The notes: generated by a model not told the origin, from the letters alone. Shown: positions 19,374 to 28,976, counted from the stretch's first letter. The stretch is 64,000 nucleotides of DNA from Candidatus Saccharimonadales bacterium (GCA_025451045.1 JANWLD010000001.1:5812-69811); one strand, 5' to 3'. A program made the numbers and translations.

Positions 19374-19405
19374 CTCTGGACTCTTAGCTCTCAGCTTTTA
19401 GCTAA
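19371..19405. repeat. 5x heptamer arm downstream of four-helix gene 2 (inverted relative to 18976)
   Basis: tagctct ggactct tagctct cagcttt tagctaa. Confidence 0.9.
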
Positions 19406-22353
19406 AGTACTGGTGGCAAAGTGGTTATGTACTGATAAGGCTGTCCGGTTGAAGCATCATTAAATATCGGGGTATATAGATATAGCTCGGGGCTAAAGTT
19501 GAAAATTTCTGCGGCATTTGTACCGGTTCCGGCTGAAAAATCACTAGGCACTTCCTTAGACGTTGATTCCCGCAAAGAATGGGCTACTCTTGAGAATTTA
19601 ACATTCTTTGCCACGAACGCGCCGTTTATAACCAGCTGGTTACGGCAGTTGGCGTAAAATGTATCAATGTTGGTGTACGGCGTACCATTGTTCTGCGTAC
19701 AGGTGTAGATTACTCCGCCGGTAGCAGCATCCTTAGGCTGGGCTACATACAGCCCATCCAAACGGGTTACAGTATTTTTAATTCTGATATCGCCTTGGGC
19801 GATAATCGCTAGATAACTGCCGGGCTGAAACGTGATATTACCCCTTATAGTTACATTGCCTTTTACGAATATCGTAGCCTGCTTGGTAAACTCTCCGCCT
19901 GCCGTAATCACCAAGTTACCATTTTTTAAGAACTGCGTCGGTTTGCCAGCGTTAAGAGCATCAACCAGATTATTCAACTTGGCAATAGTATTAGAGCCGG
20001 CGGCGGCTTTTTTATAGCCCGTTTTTAGGGTGGAATAAAAATCCTTCGTACAGACAGCTTGGCCCGCGTAGAACCCGCCATCGTTTGGTTGGTCGCTGCC
20101 TCCGCCGCCATTGGCAAGAGTATTGGCAAACGTCAGGCCCGTCGGCCAGGTTGGTGAACTTGTCCTTGTGCTGGCGCTGCCAAAGCCTGATATCTGGTCC
20201 AGGGCAATCGCCGCGAACTGCACGCCCGAGCCGCCTTTGGTGGATTCTGTTGACCTGTAAGCGCTTATCTTCTGGGCATTGCCGGTCGTATCACACGTAT
20301 CTCCGGTTCTGAAGTTACTGCCGCTTACTACATCCGCGCCATAAGCTTTCAGATACGGCCGGTCATATATATACTGCTGGGCTTTTTGGGCACAGTTACC
20401 TTGTGTATCAGCCGAGAAGTTATTGCCTGGCCCTATCCAGCCAAAAGTCTGGCCGACACAAAAGTCATTGTCGTCCATAAAGTATTTATCGCCAGCATGG
20501 TTAGGCCGCGGATCGGTACTCCACTGATAAACAACAGGAGTAGAGTTGCGTCCGGACTGGCTGTTAATTATCTGATTAACGCCTCCGTAAAGTTTCTTTC
20601 TCGCTTTGGCGGTATAATCAACCGATATATTCCCATTGTATGGAGGATCCGAAGGTATTCCAAAGAAGGGTCCGGGGGCAGCCCTACCACTGTAAGTTAC
20701 ATTATTAGGGTCTTCGGCCGTAGGTGATAAGTCTACAGAAGTAGAAAGGCTAAGGTCAAATCGTTTGTATACATCATAAGAAGTAGGGGTGCAATCAGCC
20801 ACTACCAGATCGCTACCTTGTACTCCTGGATTGGGATCAAAGTCATAATACAGCTTAGCTCCGACTCCATAATTGCCTATATTCCACCCTGGTTCAACAA
20901 TGCCATCTGAGCCGTCCCATGTGTTCCACTCGTCTGGGTCACCTTTAGGAATTCCGTCTGGAGCGGCCGGATTGTACCAGAAACCAACCGGACTACCCGG
21001 ATTGCTTGAAAGTATTAGAGGTCTGCCGTCAACTTTTGCCGGAAGTGGATCCACTCCTTCTGGAGTACCGTTATTATGAACATGGGCCGTGACACCAAAT
21101 CCACTGCGTGATTGCACTCCATTAGGCCTGCCCGATACATTTCCCTGCACACTTAAATCACAACTTGCGTTATAACAAGTGTATGTATGAGTATTATTTG
21201 ATGGATCATAACCATTATCTATACCCGTTGGTTCATACCAGAAGTAGCTGGTGCCATTACGTTTATGCCATTTTCTAATTACTTGAGTAGTTATAGTTTT
21301 AGTATGGGGTTTATAGAACCAGGTTTTGTCCTGATTATAACCAGGCCCTCCGTTCAACACAGCATAATCCCCGCTAGCAGTTTTAGCGTCGCCGGGTTGA
21401 GGGACTAATACATTTCCATTTGCGTCTGTTACTCTTACATATGTCTCAGTATCTCTCCATCTTGGAGAGCCGTTAGGTGTGCCGGCACCTGTATCATATG
21501 CTCCCCACCCGTTTACATATAGTTTTTCACAACGACCAACCGTGATCGGAGGGGTAGGATTATGTGCATTAGGATGCCAAGTCAGATTAATCAATACAGT
21601 AGCGCCATTTGTTGTTTTAAAATGCCTATTTATGTCTGATCCTTGATATATTGTAGTCCCCCTATCTATTATCTGAATCGTCCAATTGCCTCCATATCTG
21701 CCTTCCTCGCCGGGTGGATTATTAATAGACGATATCCAAAAATCTGTTGCTTTGAAACTATTTGAGCTAATGTCCCACTCCTCGCAGTCTAAAACCCAGC
21801 CATTTCCAAATTGGGCAATCTTCCCGTTTGGCCGCATACAGGGTACGGCATTTTCGGCGGCAGGTGGGCAATCAGCAGTATTGCCCGGGCCAAGGACACT
21901 CCAACCATCACAGCCATAACTTACATAGCCTGATTGGTAGCCACCTAAACTCCCATCCCAACCTATTCTCTCCCCTGTCTTAAACCAATGCTGGCTGTCG
22001 CGTCCTTTTGTACCCACCGGCCATTCAAAAATTCTGGCATCTCGATTATAAGTACTCGGGTCAACATCACTGGGAACCCCGTAGTTACCCGCAGGAAGTT
22101 TAGATTTTAACTCATAGCCAACATTTATAGGGTCCCCTTTAGTATTGACGGCATGTACTCTAAGCCCGGCCATGCCATGTGCGCTCTGCCCGGAAGCAAT
22201 ACCCCAATACTGACTGGGGTTATCTTGGGCGGAACCGTTTTCCGGGGCCCATGGACTACAATCAAGTGCGGAAACCTTCCCGCTGGGCATCAATAAAAAC
22301 ATACCGGTAAAGGCTACTATCGCGACAATTATTTTAGTTTTCAGACTAAACAT
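19402..22353 (-). CDS. Large secreted Gly/Trp/Cys-rich protein, putative pilus-associated adhesin
   Basis: Signal peptide from MFSLKTK..VSA; C-terminal beta-helix-like IFVKGNVTI..IIAQGDI..LDGLYVA..AAEIFNFSPELY. Confidence 0.7.
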   Translation of the reverse strand: MFSLKTKIIVAIVAFTGMFLLMPSGKVSALDCSPWAPENGSAQDNPSQYWGIASGQSAHGMAGLRVHAVNTKGDPINVGYELKSKLPAGNYGVPSDVDPSTYNRDARIFEWPVGTKGRDSQHWFKTGERIGWDGSLGGYQSGYVSYGCDGWSVLGPGNTADCPPAAENAVPCMRPNGKIAQFGNGWVLDCEEWDISSNSFKATDFWISSINNPPGEEGRYGGNWTIQIIDRGTTIYQGSDINRHFKTTNGATVLINLTWHPNAHNPTPPITVGRCEKLYVNGWGAYDTGAGTPNGSPRWRDTETYVRVTDANGNVLVPQPGDAKTASGDYAVLNGGPGYNQDKTWFYKPHTKTITTQVIRKWHKRNGTSYFWYEPTGIDNGYDPSNNTHTYTCYNASCDLSVQGNVSGRPNGVQSRSGFGVTAHVHNNGTPEGVDPLPAKVDGRPLILSSNPGSPVGFWYNPAAPDGIPKGDPDEWNTWDGSDGIVEPGWNIGNYGVGAKLYYDFDPNPGVQGSDLVVADCTPTSYDVYKRFDLSLSTSVDLSPTAEDPNNVTYSGRAAPGPFFGIPSDPPYNGNISVDYTAKARKKLYGGVNQIINSQSGRNSTPVVYQWSTDPRPNHAGDKYFMDDNDFCVGQTFGWIGPGNNFSADTQGNCAQKAQQYIYDRPYLKAYGADVVSGSNFRTGDTCDTTGNAQKISAYRSTESTKGGSGVQFAAIALDQISGFGSASTRTSSPTWPTGLTFANTLANGGGGSDQPNDGGFYAGQAVCTKDFYSTLKTGYKKAAAGSNTIAKLNNLVDALNAGKPTQFLKNGNLVITAGGEFTKQATIFVKGNVTIRGNITFQPGSYLAIIAQGDIRIKNTVTRLDGLYVAQPKDAATGGVIYTCTQNNGTPYTNIDTFYANCRNQLVINGAFVAKNVKFSRVAHSLRESTSKEVPSDFSAGTGTNAAEIFNFSPELYLYTPIFNDASTGQPYQYITTLPPVL

Positions 22354-23293
22354 AGACGTTATACTCCAGACGTTTTTTGGCCTCTTCAATATATTGTTTG
22401 AAGCCCGTCTTAGCACCACCGCCAGATGCACTGTCTAAATTAATGATTACAAAATAGGATTCAGCCGTACTGTCGCCATTTTCGGAATCTGACGCCCTGA
22501 CTATAAAAGGTCCGCTCGTTTGCCCTGTTTGCAAGAGCTTGCCGTTTTGCCGGATAGAATTTATATCAATAAGCTCAAATGGCTCTGAAGCAGTATCAAA
22601 CATGCCGGAATGGCCCAGCGTGGGATAAACTTTTTTGCCGACTATCGGATCATTCTGTTCAATTTTCATTGCCTGTTCAAAAGTAATTTTACCGGAGTTT
22701 ATATTATCACGTAGTCGAGTTATCAGATCCTGCGCGTATTTTTTGTCTTTGGCGATAGCCAACGAGTTGCCTAATTTAGGGTCGGCGGCCTTTTCTTCTG
22801 GCAATAATGCGGATTTATAAGGTACATGTCGGCTAAAATGAGCTACTAAAAACTTTCCTTTATAAATACCCCTGTTATTAGCAGTTAATTTATTAAAGTA
22901 AGCTTGGTTGACCTTGTTCTGGTAGGCATATTTATTTTCGATCTTTTGTTTTTCAATCCCTTTGCCCCATTGTGCTTCAATTTCTTGGTCGCTGACTGTA
23001 ATATTCTGCTCTTTTGCCAATTCTTCCGATAGATATTTATCGGCTAGTACTCCAGCTGCATCATGGTTACTTATCTCTTGGTTATTGCCTTTTAAATCCC
23101 GTACTTCGTCTTCATATATCTTGTGTCCGGCGGCTTGGGCATAGATTTTGCTATTAGACTTGTTTACTTTGTCGCCAAAAATCATCCAGCCAACGCCGAC
23201 TAAAACAGCAAGAACCACTATAGTTAAGCCGATGATTCTCTTATTTTTGAAGTTCGGCTTTTTTATAGATGCCGGGAGTTTTAGTTTTGACAT
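22346..23293 (-). CDS. SurA/PrsA-like membrane-anchored foldase, divergent
   Basis: TM, LAKEQNITVSDQEI, GKITFEQA, GQTSGPF resemble the 2837 protein. Confidence 0.55.
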   Translation of the reverse strand: MSKLKLPASIKKPNFKNKRIIGLTIVVLAVLVGVGWMIFGDKVNKSNSKIYAQAAGHKIYEDEVRDLKGNNQEISNHDAAGVLADKYLSEELAKEQNITVSDQEIEAQWGKGIEKQKIENKYAYQNKVNQAYFNKLTANNRGIYKGKFLVAHFSRHVPYKSALLPEEKAADPKLGNSLAIAKDKKYAQDLITRLRDNINSGKITFEQAMKIEQNDPIVGKKVYPTLGHSGMFDTASEPFELIDINSIRQNGKLLQTGQTSGPFIVRASDSENGDSTAESYFVIINLDSASGGGAKTGFKQYIEEAKKRLEYNVYV

Positions 23294-23362
23294 GCTTTAT
23301 TCTAATGCTTACTCTAGCATTTAATATAGCACGTATCGAGAGGTATTCAATTAAATCAACGG

Positions 23363-23941
23363 CTATTTATATTTTTTAGCTGTCTTTGCAAATATTTTCT
23401 CAGCTAGAACTTTGCCGCTTCTTAATACTTTTTGCTTTATTAAAACTCTTGCCTTGCCTTTTATATAAAAGTCGGAGTTTTTTGGCTCGTGAATACTTGG
23501 CAAATCCGCCGTGCCGGCTTCGCCTCCGGCATTTTCTACATAAATATTTACCCAATAACCAGTCGAGCTTACCCACTTACCGCCTTTGCGGCCTTCAAAT
23601 TGTGAAAAACCTGCGCGTACAAAACCAGCATCCACACATACTTGCGAATATGGCTCATAAAAAGCATGTAGTAGATTTATCTGCCTCATATATTTACCAG
23701 CGTGCAAGATTTTTGCCGCTCGTATTTCCGGCCGGATCAAGCCTTCTTCTAAGCATCCTTCTTTAAGGCTGGAGATTGTGGCTTCCGGTACATCTGCTGC
23801 TTGGACTGGTTCGGGGTTGGCTTGTTCATTAGCCGCTATTGCACCACCGACAAGACCAATGGTGCCAATTAAGCCAATGGCTAACTTTTCTTTCGTAGTT
23901 TGCTTTAGGGTTTCAAATCGTGATGGGTCTTGCTCGGGCAT
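23363..23941 (-). CDS. Secreted hypothetical, MPEQ family copy
   Basis: MPEQDPSRFETLKQ + hydrophobic helix; C-domain homologous to 24802 (ATISSLK..C..EGL.RPEI, LPSIHEP). Confidence 0.8.
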   Translation of the reverse strand: MPEQDPSRFETLKQTTKEKLAIGLIGTIGLVGGAIAANEQANPEPVQAADVPEATISSLKEGCLEEGLIRPEIRAAKILHAGKYMRQINLLHAFYEPYSQVCVDAGFVRAGFSQFEGRKGGKWVSSTGYWVNIYVENAGGEAGTADLPSIHEPKNSDFYIKGKARVLIKQKVLRSGKVLAEKIFAKTAKKYK

Positions 23942-24055
23942 ATAAAAACTCCGTTACTTCTAATATATTACCAGAATTAACAAAAATATGCAAACCTTAT
24001 TTCAGGCTTGTATTCTTTTATCCTCTTTTCTTCCTGCAAATATGATCTAATAAGG

Positions 24056-24169
24056 TTAGCGGCTTGGTTGTTGTCGCCAAGATTTTTGTACTGATGTATA
24101 GGTTAGGGTTCGACTTTCCTTCGTGCTTTGCTTGATAATTTCGAATTTGGAGGAATCTTGTTCGGGCAT
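24056..24169 (-). pseudogene. Truncated MPEQ-family remnant
   Basis: MPEQDSSKFEIIKQSTKE then diverges, stop after 37 aa. Confidence 0.65.
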
Positions 24170-24182
24170 TGGTTAAAAGCGA

Positions 24183-24782
24183 TTAACAGTAGTCGGACTT
24201 AGAGCCAACTCTTATTGTTTTACTAGTTTGAGCAAGTATATGTCTGTTTTTTGTAACCTTATTGATAAAAGTAACAGTCCTAGAACTTTTTTTATCCCCT
24301 GGGACACAGACACTTACCCCCGGGTATCCTTCGTTTGAGTAAACTCTTGCATCTTTTTTCTGAGCTTCTAATCCATCAGCTATCCCTGTATCGGCAGTGG
24401 TTTTACGTACTAGCGGGAAACATTTATTTCTATAAATTCCATGACATGCCACAATTTTAACTTTTACTCTGGCATTAAACGCAACGCTATTGGCTTCAAG
24501 AATTTCAGTGCACTCACCGGAGGCACCCGGATAATTGCCTTCTACTTCAATAACCATGCTTTTACCGCTTAAGCCGATGCGTTCAGCTTTAGTCCCGGTC
24601 GGCGGCTTTGCCAATTGCTCGGCGCAATCTTGAAGGGTTGGGGTTGCTTCGGCGGCAATGGCTGGTTCGGGGTTGGCTTGTTCAGTTACGGCTACTCCGC
24701 CGGCTAGGCTGACTATGCTTAAGCCAATGGCTAATTTTTCTGTGGCTGTGTGCCTTAGGGCTTCGAATCGGGATTCGGGCAT
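24183..24782 (-). CDS. Secreted hypothetical, MPEQ family copy with different C-domain
   Basis: MPESRFEAL..TEKLAIGL..EQANPEP shared with 23363; six Cys. Confidence 0.8.
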   Translation of the reverse strand: MPESRFEALRHTATEKLAIGLSIVSLAGGVAVTEQANPEPAIAAEATPTLQDCAEQLAKPPTGTKAERIGLSGKSMVIEVEGNYPGASGECTEILEANSVAFNARVKVKIVACHGIYRNKCFPLVRKTTADTGIADGLEAQKKDARVYSNEGYPGVSVCVPGDKKSSRTVTFINKVTKNRHILAQTSKTIRVGSKSDYC

Positions 24783-24801
24783 TTGTGCTACCTAAATTAA
24801 C

Positions 24802-25581
24802 TTAAATAACTATATGGCCTTTTTTGTGCGAAATTTTGGCCTTTATTGCAAATGTCTTTTCAGCTACGACTTTGCCGTTTTTATTTACTACTCTGCTTTT
24901 TTCCAATACTCTGGCACGCTCTCCGTGTTTTACATAGTAGTCGGCGTCTCTAGGTTCGTGAATACTTGGTAATTCAGTAAAGCCTGCTACGTGAGTATTG
25001 ATATTATTTATAGTCACCCAATCCCCAGATAAACTTCTCCATTTACTATCTCCGGAACCTTTGGCTTGAAACATGCCTACGGCACTAAGTTCAAATTTAC
25101 CGTCGCATTTTTCAGACAAAGGTTTAAAATCTTCCTTCAATACGTTTACTTGCCTTAAGTACTTTCCTGCTCGAAATACAGTAGCTTCTTCTATTTCCGG
25201 GCGGGTCAATCCTTCTTTTATACATTCCTGCTTCAAGCTTGAGATTGTGGCTTCCGGGTTTTCGTCATTAGCAAGTCGTCCTTCTGTTGAGGAGACACCG
25301 CCTGTTTTGTGCTTGCTTGAATGTTTCGAGCTAACACCGCCCATGGCAGCCGTATTTCGACCGGTATTCTTATTGTGATGTGTGGTTTTAATAGATGGTC
25401 CAAGCCCACCGGACAGAGCCTCTTGGTTATGTCCGCCGTACGCAACTGGTTGTTCCGCGTCAGCTACTGCCACCAGCCCCAAGGTTGCGCCAAGGCCCAA
25501 AGCTGTGATTTCGCCAATAGCTTTTAGCCTATTAATATTTTGTTTTAACGATTCAAATCGTGATGGGTCCTGTTCAGGCAT
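24802..25581 (-). CDS. Secreted hypothetical, MPEQ family copy
   Basis: MPEQDPSRFESLKQ; low-complexity linker; C-domain homologous to 23363. Confidence 0.8.
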   Translation of the reverse strand: MPEQDPSRFESLKQNINRLKAIGEITALGLGATLGLVAVADAEQPVAYGGHNQEALSGGLGPSIKTTHHNKNTGRNTAAMGGVSSKHSSKHKTGGVSSTEGRLANDENPEATISSLKQECIKEGLTRPEIEEATVFRAGKYLRQVNVLKEDFKPLSEKCDGKFELSAVGMFQAKGSGDSKWRSLSGDWVTINNINTHVAGFTELPSIHEPRDADYYVKHGERARVLEKSRVVNKNGKVVAEKTFAIKAKISHKKGHIVI

Positions 25582-25651
25582 CGGTAAAAACTCCGTTTAT
25601 TAACGATATATTACCAGATTTAATAAGTTTATGCAAGATTTTAAATAATGG

Positions 25652-25681
25652 TTGACTTAAAGTTATAACTAAAGGTATACT
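25652..25681 (+). promoter_or_regulatory. Promoter TTGACT-N18-TATACT with palindrome AGTTATAACT in the spacer (putative TA operator)
   Basis: Direct motif reading upstream of the antitoxin. Confidence 0.6.
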
Positions 25682-25706
25682 TATAGAGTAACTTTAAGGA
25701 TATATC

Positions 25707-25916
25707 ATGACAATAATAGGTTTAAAAGAACTGCGACAAAACGCCAGCGAAATAGCCGAGCGAGCTCAAAAAGGTGAAAGGTTTACCGTGGTAAAACGCA
25801 CTAAACCGGTTTTTACCATAATTCCCCCGCAGGAAGATGACTCAGAACTGAATGAGTGGTTGGACGAATATATTAACAAAAATCGGGAACTCCTAGAGTC
25901 GCTTGCGGATAAATGA
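25707..25916 (+). CDS. Phd/YefM-family antitoxin
   Basis: IIGLKELRQNASEI..GERFTVVKRTKPVFTIIP. Confidence 0.85.
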   Translation: MTIIGLKELRQNASEIAERAQKGERFTVVKRTKPVFTIIPPQEDDSELNEWLDEYINKNRELLESLADK

Positions 25917-26302
25917 TCTTTCTAACAGTAAAAGAAATTGTTCTACTTCATGACAGAGTGGTGAATGAAACCGGCGGTAGCTTAGGGATAAGAGAACCTG
26001 GGTTACTGAGCGCAATCGCGGAAAAACCACAAGCAAGCTTTGGCGGAAAGGAACTCTACCCTACTGTCTTTGATAAATCTGCTGCTATATTCGAAGCTTT
26101 GTGTAACTACCATGTATTTATAGATGGGAACAAGCGCACAGCTATAACAATTCTGGAATATTTTTTATATAGAAACGGCTTGGTATTGGACGCAGACAAA
26201 GACCAAAAAGAAAAATTTACGCTTAACACAGCTGCAAACAATCCTGACTTGGCAGATGTCGCGCGGTGGATAAAAAAACACAGTAAAAAGGCCAAAAAAT
26301 GA
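25913..26302 (+). CDS. Doc (death-on-curing, Fic-fold) toxin
   Basis: H..G.REPGLL, HVFIDGNKRTA; overlaps the antitoxin stop. Confidence 0.88.
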   Translation: MIFLTVKEIVLLHDRVVNETGGSLGIREPGLLSAIAEKPQASFGGKELYPTVFDKSAAIFEALCNYHVFIDGNKRTAITILEYFLYRNGLVLDADKDQKEKFTLNTAANNPDLADVARWIKKHSKKAKK

Positions 26303-27384
26303 GTCTATCGATTGGGATTGTGGGATTGCCAAATGTCGGCAAATCCACGCTTTTTAACTCCTTAACTGGCAATATGATACTAGCCGCCAATTACCCATTT
26401 GCCACGATTGAGCCGAATACCGGCATAGTGCCGGTTCCCGACCCGCGCCTGGAAAAACTGGCCGAAATGTATAGTTCAAAAAAAGTTGTTCCTGCAGCAG
26501 TCACCTTCGTAGATATAGCCGGCCTAGTAGCCGGCGCAAGCGAGGGCGAAGGCCTCGGTAATCAGTTTCTTGGTCATATCAGAAGCTGCGCGGCTATCTG
26601 CCATGTCGTCAGGGCTTTTGAAGATAGCAACGTCCAGCATGTCGACAGCGTACATAGCCCTAAAAAAGACATTGAAACTATAAATACTGAACTAGTCCTC
26701 GCCGATTTACAAACTATTGATAAAAGATTGGCAAAAATTGAAAAGGAAGCCAAAGCGAACCCAAAAATCCGGCCGTTTGTTGAAGAAATCAAAAAAGCAA
26801 AGGGCGTATTGGACGAAGGCACGCCACTTTTTGCCAGCTCTTTGCTCTCTGCTTTTAGCTCCGAGCTCCTGGCTGACTTGCAGCTTATAACAATGAAACC
26901 TGTAATCTACTTATTTAACGTGGATGAAACTACTCTAGCGGACGAGAAAAAACAGGCTGAATTGAAAGCTTTGGTCGGTAATGCCAAAGCTGTATTTGTC
27001 TGCGCCAAACTGGAGGAAGAACTTAAAGGCCTGTCCGACGACGAAGCACAAGAGTTACTTCAAACCTACGGCGTCAACGAACGCGGCCTGGACAAAGTCA
27101 TCCATAGCGCTTACGAAGCGCTGGGTTTGCAAAGCTTTTTAACTGCCGGGGAGAAGGAAGTCCGTGCCTGGACAGTTAAAAAAGATGCGACCGCGCCGCA
27201 AGCCGCCGGCGTAATCCATACCGATTTCCAGCGCGGCTTTATCGCCGCCCAAGTGATAAATTATGATGACTTGGTATCGAGCGGCTCGGAAAGCGCGGCC
27301 AAAGCCGGCGGGAAAGTCGCAACCGTTGGCAAAGACTACATAATGCAACCCAACGACGTAGTGGAGTTCAGATTTAATGTGTAA
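26299..27384 (+). CDS. ychF: Ribosome-binding ATPase YchF
   Basis: GIVGLPNVGKSTLFN, NYPFATIEPN, DIAGLV, GVIHTDF, VEFRFNV. Confidence 0.96.
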   Translation: MSLSIGIVGLPNVGKSTLFNSLTGNMILAANYPFATIEPNTGIVPVPDPRLEKLAEMYSSKKVVPAAVTFVDIAGLVAGASEGEGLGNQFLGHIRSCAAICHVVRAFEDSNVQHVDSVHSPKKDIETINTELVLADLQTIDKRLAKIEKEAKANPKIRPFVEEIKKAKGVLDEGTPLFASSLLSAFSSELLADLQLITMKPVIYLFNVDETTLADEKKQAELKALVGNAKAVFVCAKLEEELKGLSDDEAQELLQTYGVNERGLDKVIHSAYEALGLQSFLTAGEKEVRAWTVKKDATAPQAAGVIHTDFQRGFIAAQVINYDDLVSSGSESAAKAGGKVATVGKDYIMQPNDVVEFRFNV

Positions 27385-27418
27385 GACTTTGAGCTCTAAG
27401 CTTTTAGCTGTAAGCTAG
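27384..27418. repeat. 5x heptamer arm (AGCT family) between ychF and ABC gene
   Basis: agacttt gagctct aagcttt tagctgt aagctag. Confidence 0.8.
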
Positions 27419-27426
27419 GATAAGAC

Positions 27427-28197
27427 ATGGATGCGCTTGATATTGTCGGTCTGGAAAAGACCTATGACAGTGGTACCAAGGCACTTCGCGGAATCGACCT
27501 AAAGATTCCCGAGGGGTCGTTTTTCGGTCTGCTTGGACCGAATGGAGCCGGTAAATCCACGCTTATCCACTGCCTGATGGGTTTGGCCATCCCGACCAAG
27601 GGACAGGCCAGCATCTTCGGCCATGACGTGGTAACGGATGCTAGGCAGGCCCGCAGCAAAGTCGGCCTAGCGCCCCAAGAAGTCAACCTGGATTGGTTTT
27701 TGAACGTTGAAGACACGCTGGATTTTCACGGCGGCTACTTTTCTATGCGTAAAAAAGACCGCAAAAAGCGCATTGAACAGCTTTTAAAAGACTTTTCCCT
27801 GACTGATAAGCGAAAAGACCGGACGATGTTTTTATCCGGCGGCATGAAGCGCCGGGTATTGCTGGCGCGGGCACTGATGCACCGGCCAAAATTTTTAATC
27901 TTGGATGAGCCTACCGCTGGCGTGGATGTAGAGCTTCGCCTGCAGCTATGGAAATACATGCGGGAGGTCAACAAAGCCGGCACGACCATTTTGCTGACTA
28001 CGCATTATATCGAGGAAGCCGAACAGTTGTGCGACAATATAGCGCTGATTAACAAGGGTAAGATTATCAGGACCGGCACCAGCGATGAGCTGAAAAAAAG
28101 CTACAAACAAAAGACCCTGGAGGATGTATATCTGAAAGTTGTCGGACGCAGTGAACTGGCGCGGACTACTTTGGACCAAAGCGAGGTCAGCAAATAA
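27427..28197 (+). CDS. ABC transporter ATP-binding protein (YadG-like)
   Basis: GPNGAGKS, LSGGMKRR, LDEPTAGVD. Confidence 0.92.
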   Translation: MDALDIVGLEKTYDSGTKALRGIDLKIPEGSFFGLLGPNGAGKSTLIHCLMGLAIPTKGQASIFGHDVVTDARQARSKVGLAPQEVNLDWFLNVEDTLDFHGGYFSMRKKDRKKRIEQLLKDFSLTDKRKDRTMFLSGGMKRRVLLARALMHRPKFLILDEPTAGVDVELRLQLWKYMREVNKAGTTILLTTHYIEEAEQLCDNIALINKGKIIRTGTSDELKKSYKQKTLEDVYLKVVGRSELARTTLDQSEVSK

Positions 28198-28976
28198 TGG
28201 AAGGGCTGGTTTATCGCTGGCTGCCGTTTTGGACGGTTCTGCGGCGCGAATTGGCGCGTTTTTGGGGAATCAAACGCCAGACTATTTTTGGGCCGCTGCT
28301 CGAAACTTATCTGTATATCAGCATTTTTGGCGCCGCGCTGGGCAGCCGGATAAATCAACTGGACGGATACAGCTACATTGTCTTTATTATTCCCGGACTT
28401 TTGATGATGAGCTTTTCGATGAATATATTTATCAACAATTCGTTTTCTATCCTGCAGCAGAAACTCCAGCGGGCAATTGATGATCAGCTGGCTTCGCCGG
28501 TGTCCAATACCGAACTGCTGGCCGCTTTCGGGCTGGGCGGTTTCTTCCGGGCATCGATAATCTCGGCAATAACCTTTATAACGGCGAAAGTGTTGATACC
28601 GGATTTGCCGGTGGTTCATCCTTTGATGTTTGTGTTAAGTTTTATTTTTATCGGTTTGTTCTTCGCCATGGCCGGAGTATTGGTTGGCCTGCGTTCTGAA
28701 AAATTCGATGATGTTAGCTTTTATCAAAGTTTCATTCTGCAGCCGCTTATTTTTCTTGGCGGGGTGTTTTATTCGGCCAGCTTGTTGCCGCCTCTTTTTG
28801 AAACTTTAACCCGCTTTAACCCGATATATTACATGATTAACACCTTGCGCTACTCAATGCTCGGCACTGCCGACATTAATCCCGAACTTAGTCTGCTGGC
28901 GATTGCCGTGGCTGGCCTGATACTTTTAGCTATCAATTACCGGCTGTTTAAACGCGGTTATAAACTGCGCTCTTAA
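28197..28976 (+). CDS. ABC-2 permease (YadH-like)
   Basis: Six TMs, YIVFIIPGL, FLGGVFYS, NPIYYMI. Confidence 0.9.
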   Translation: MEGLVYRWLPFWTVLRRELARFWGIKRQTIFGPLLETYLYISIFGAALGSRINQLDGYSYIVFIIPGLLMMSFSMNIFINNSFSILQQKLQRAIDDQLASPVSNTELLAAFGLGGFFRASIISAITFITAKVLIPDLPVVHPLMFVLSFIFIGLFFAMAGVLVGLRSEKFDDVSFYQSFILQPLIFLGGVFYSASLLPPLFETLTRFNPIYYMINTLRYSMLGTADINPELSLLAIAVAGLILLAINYRLFKRGYKLRS

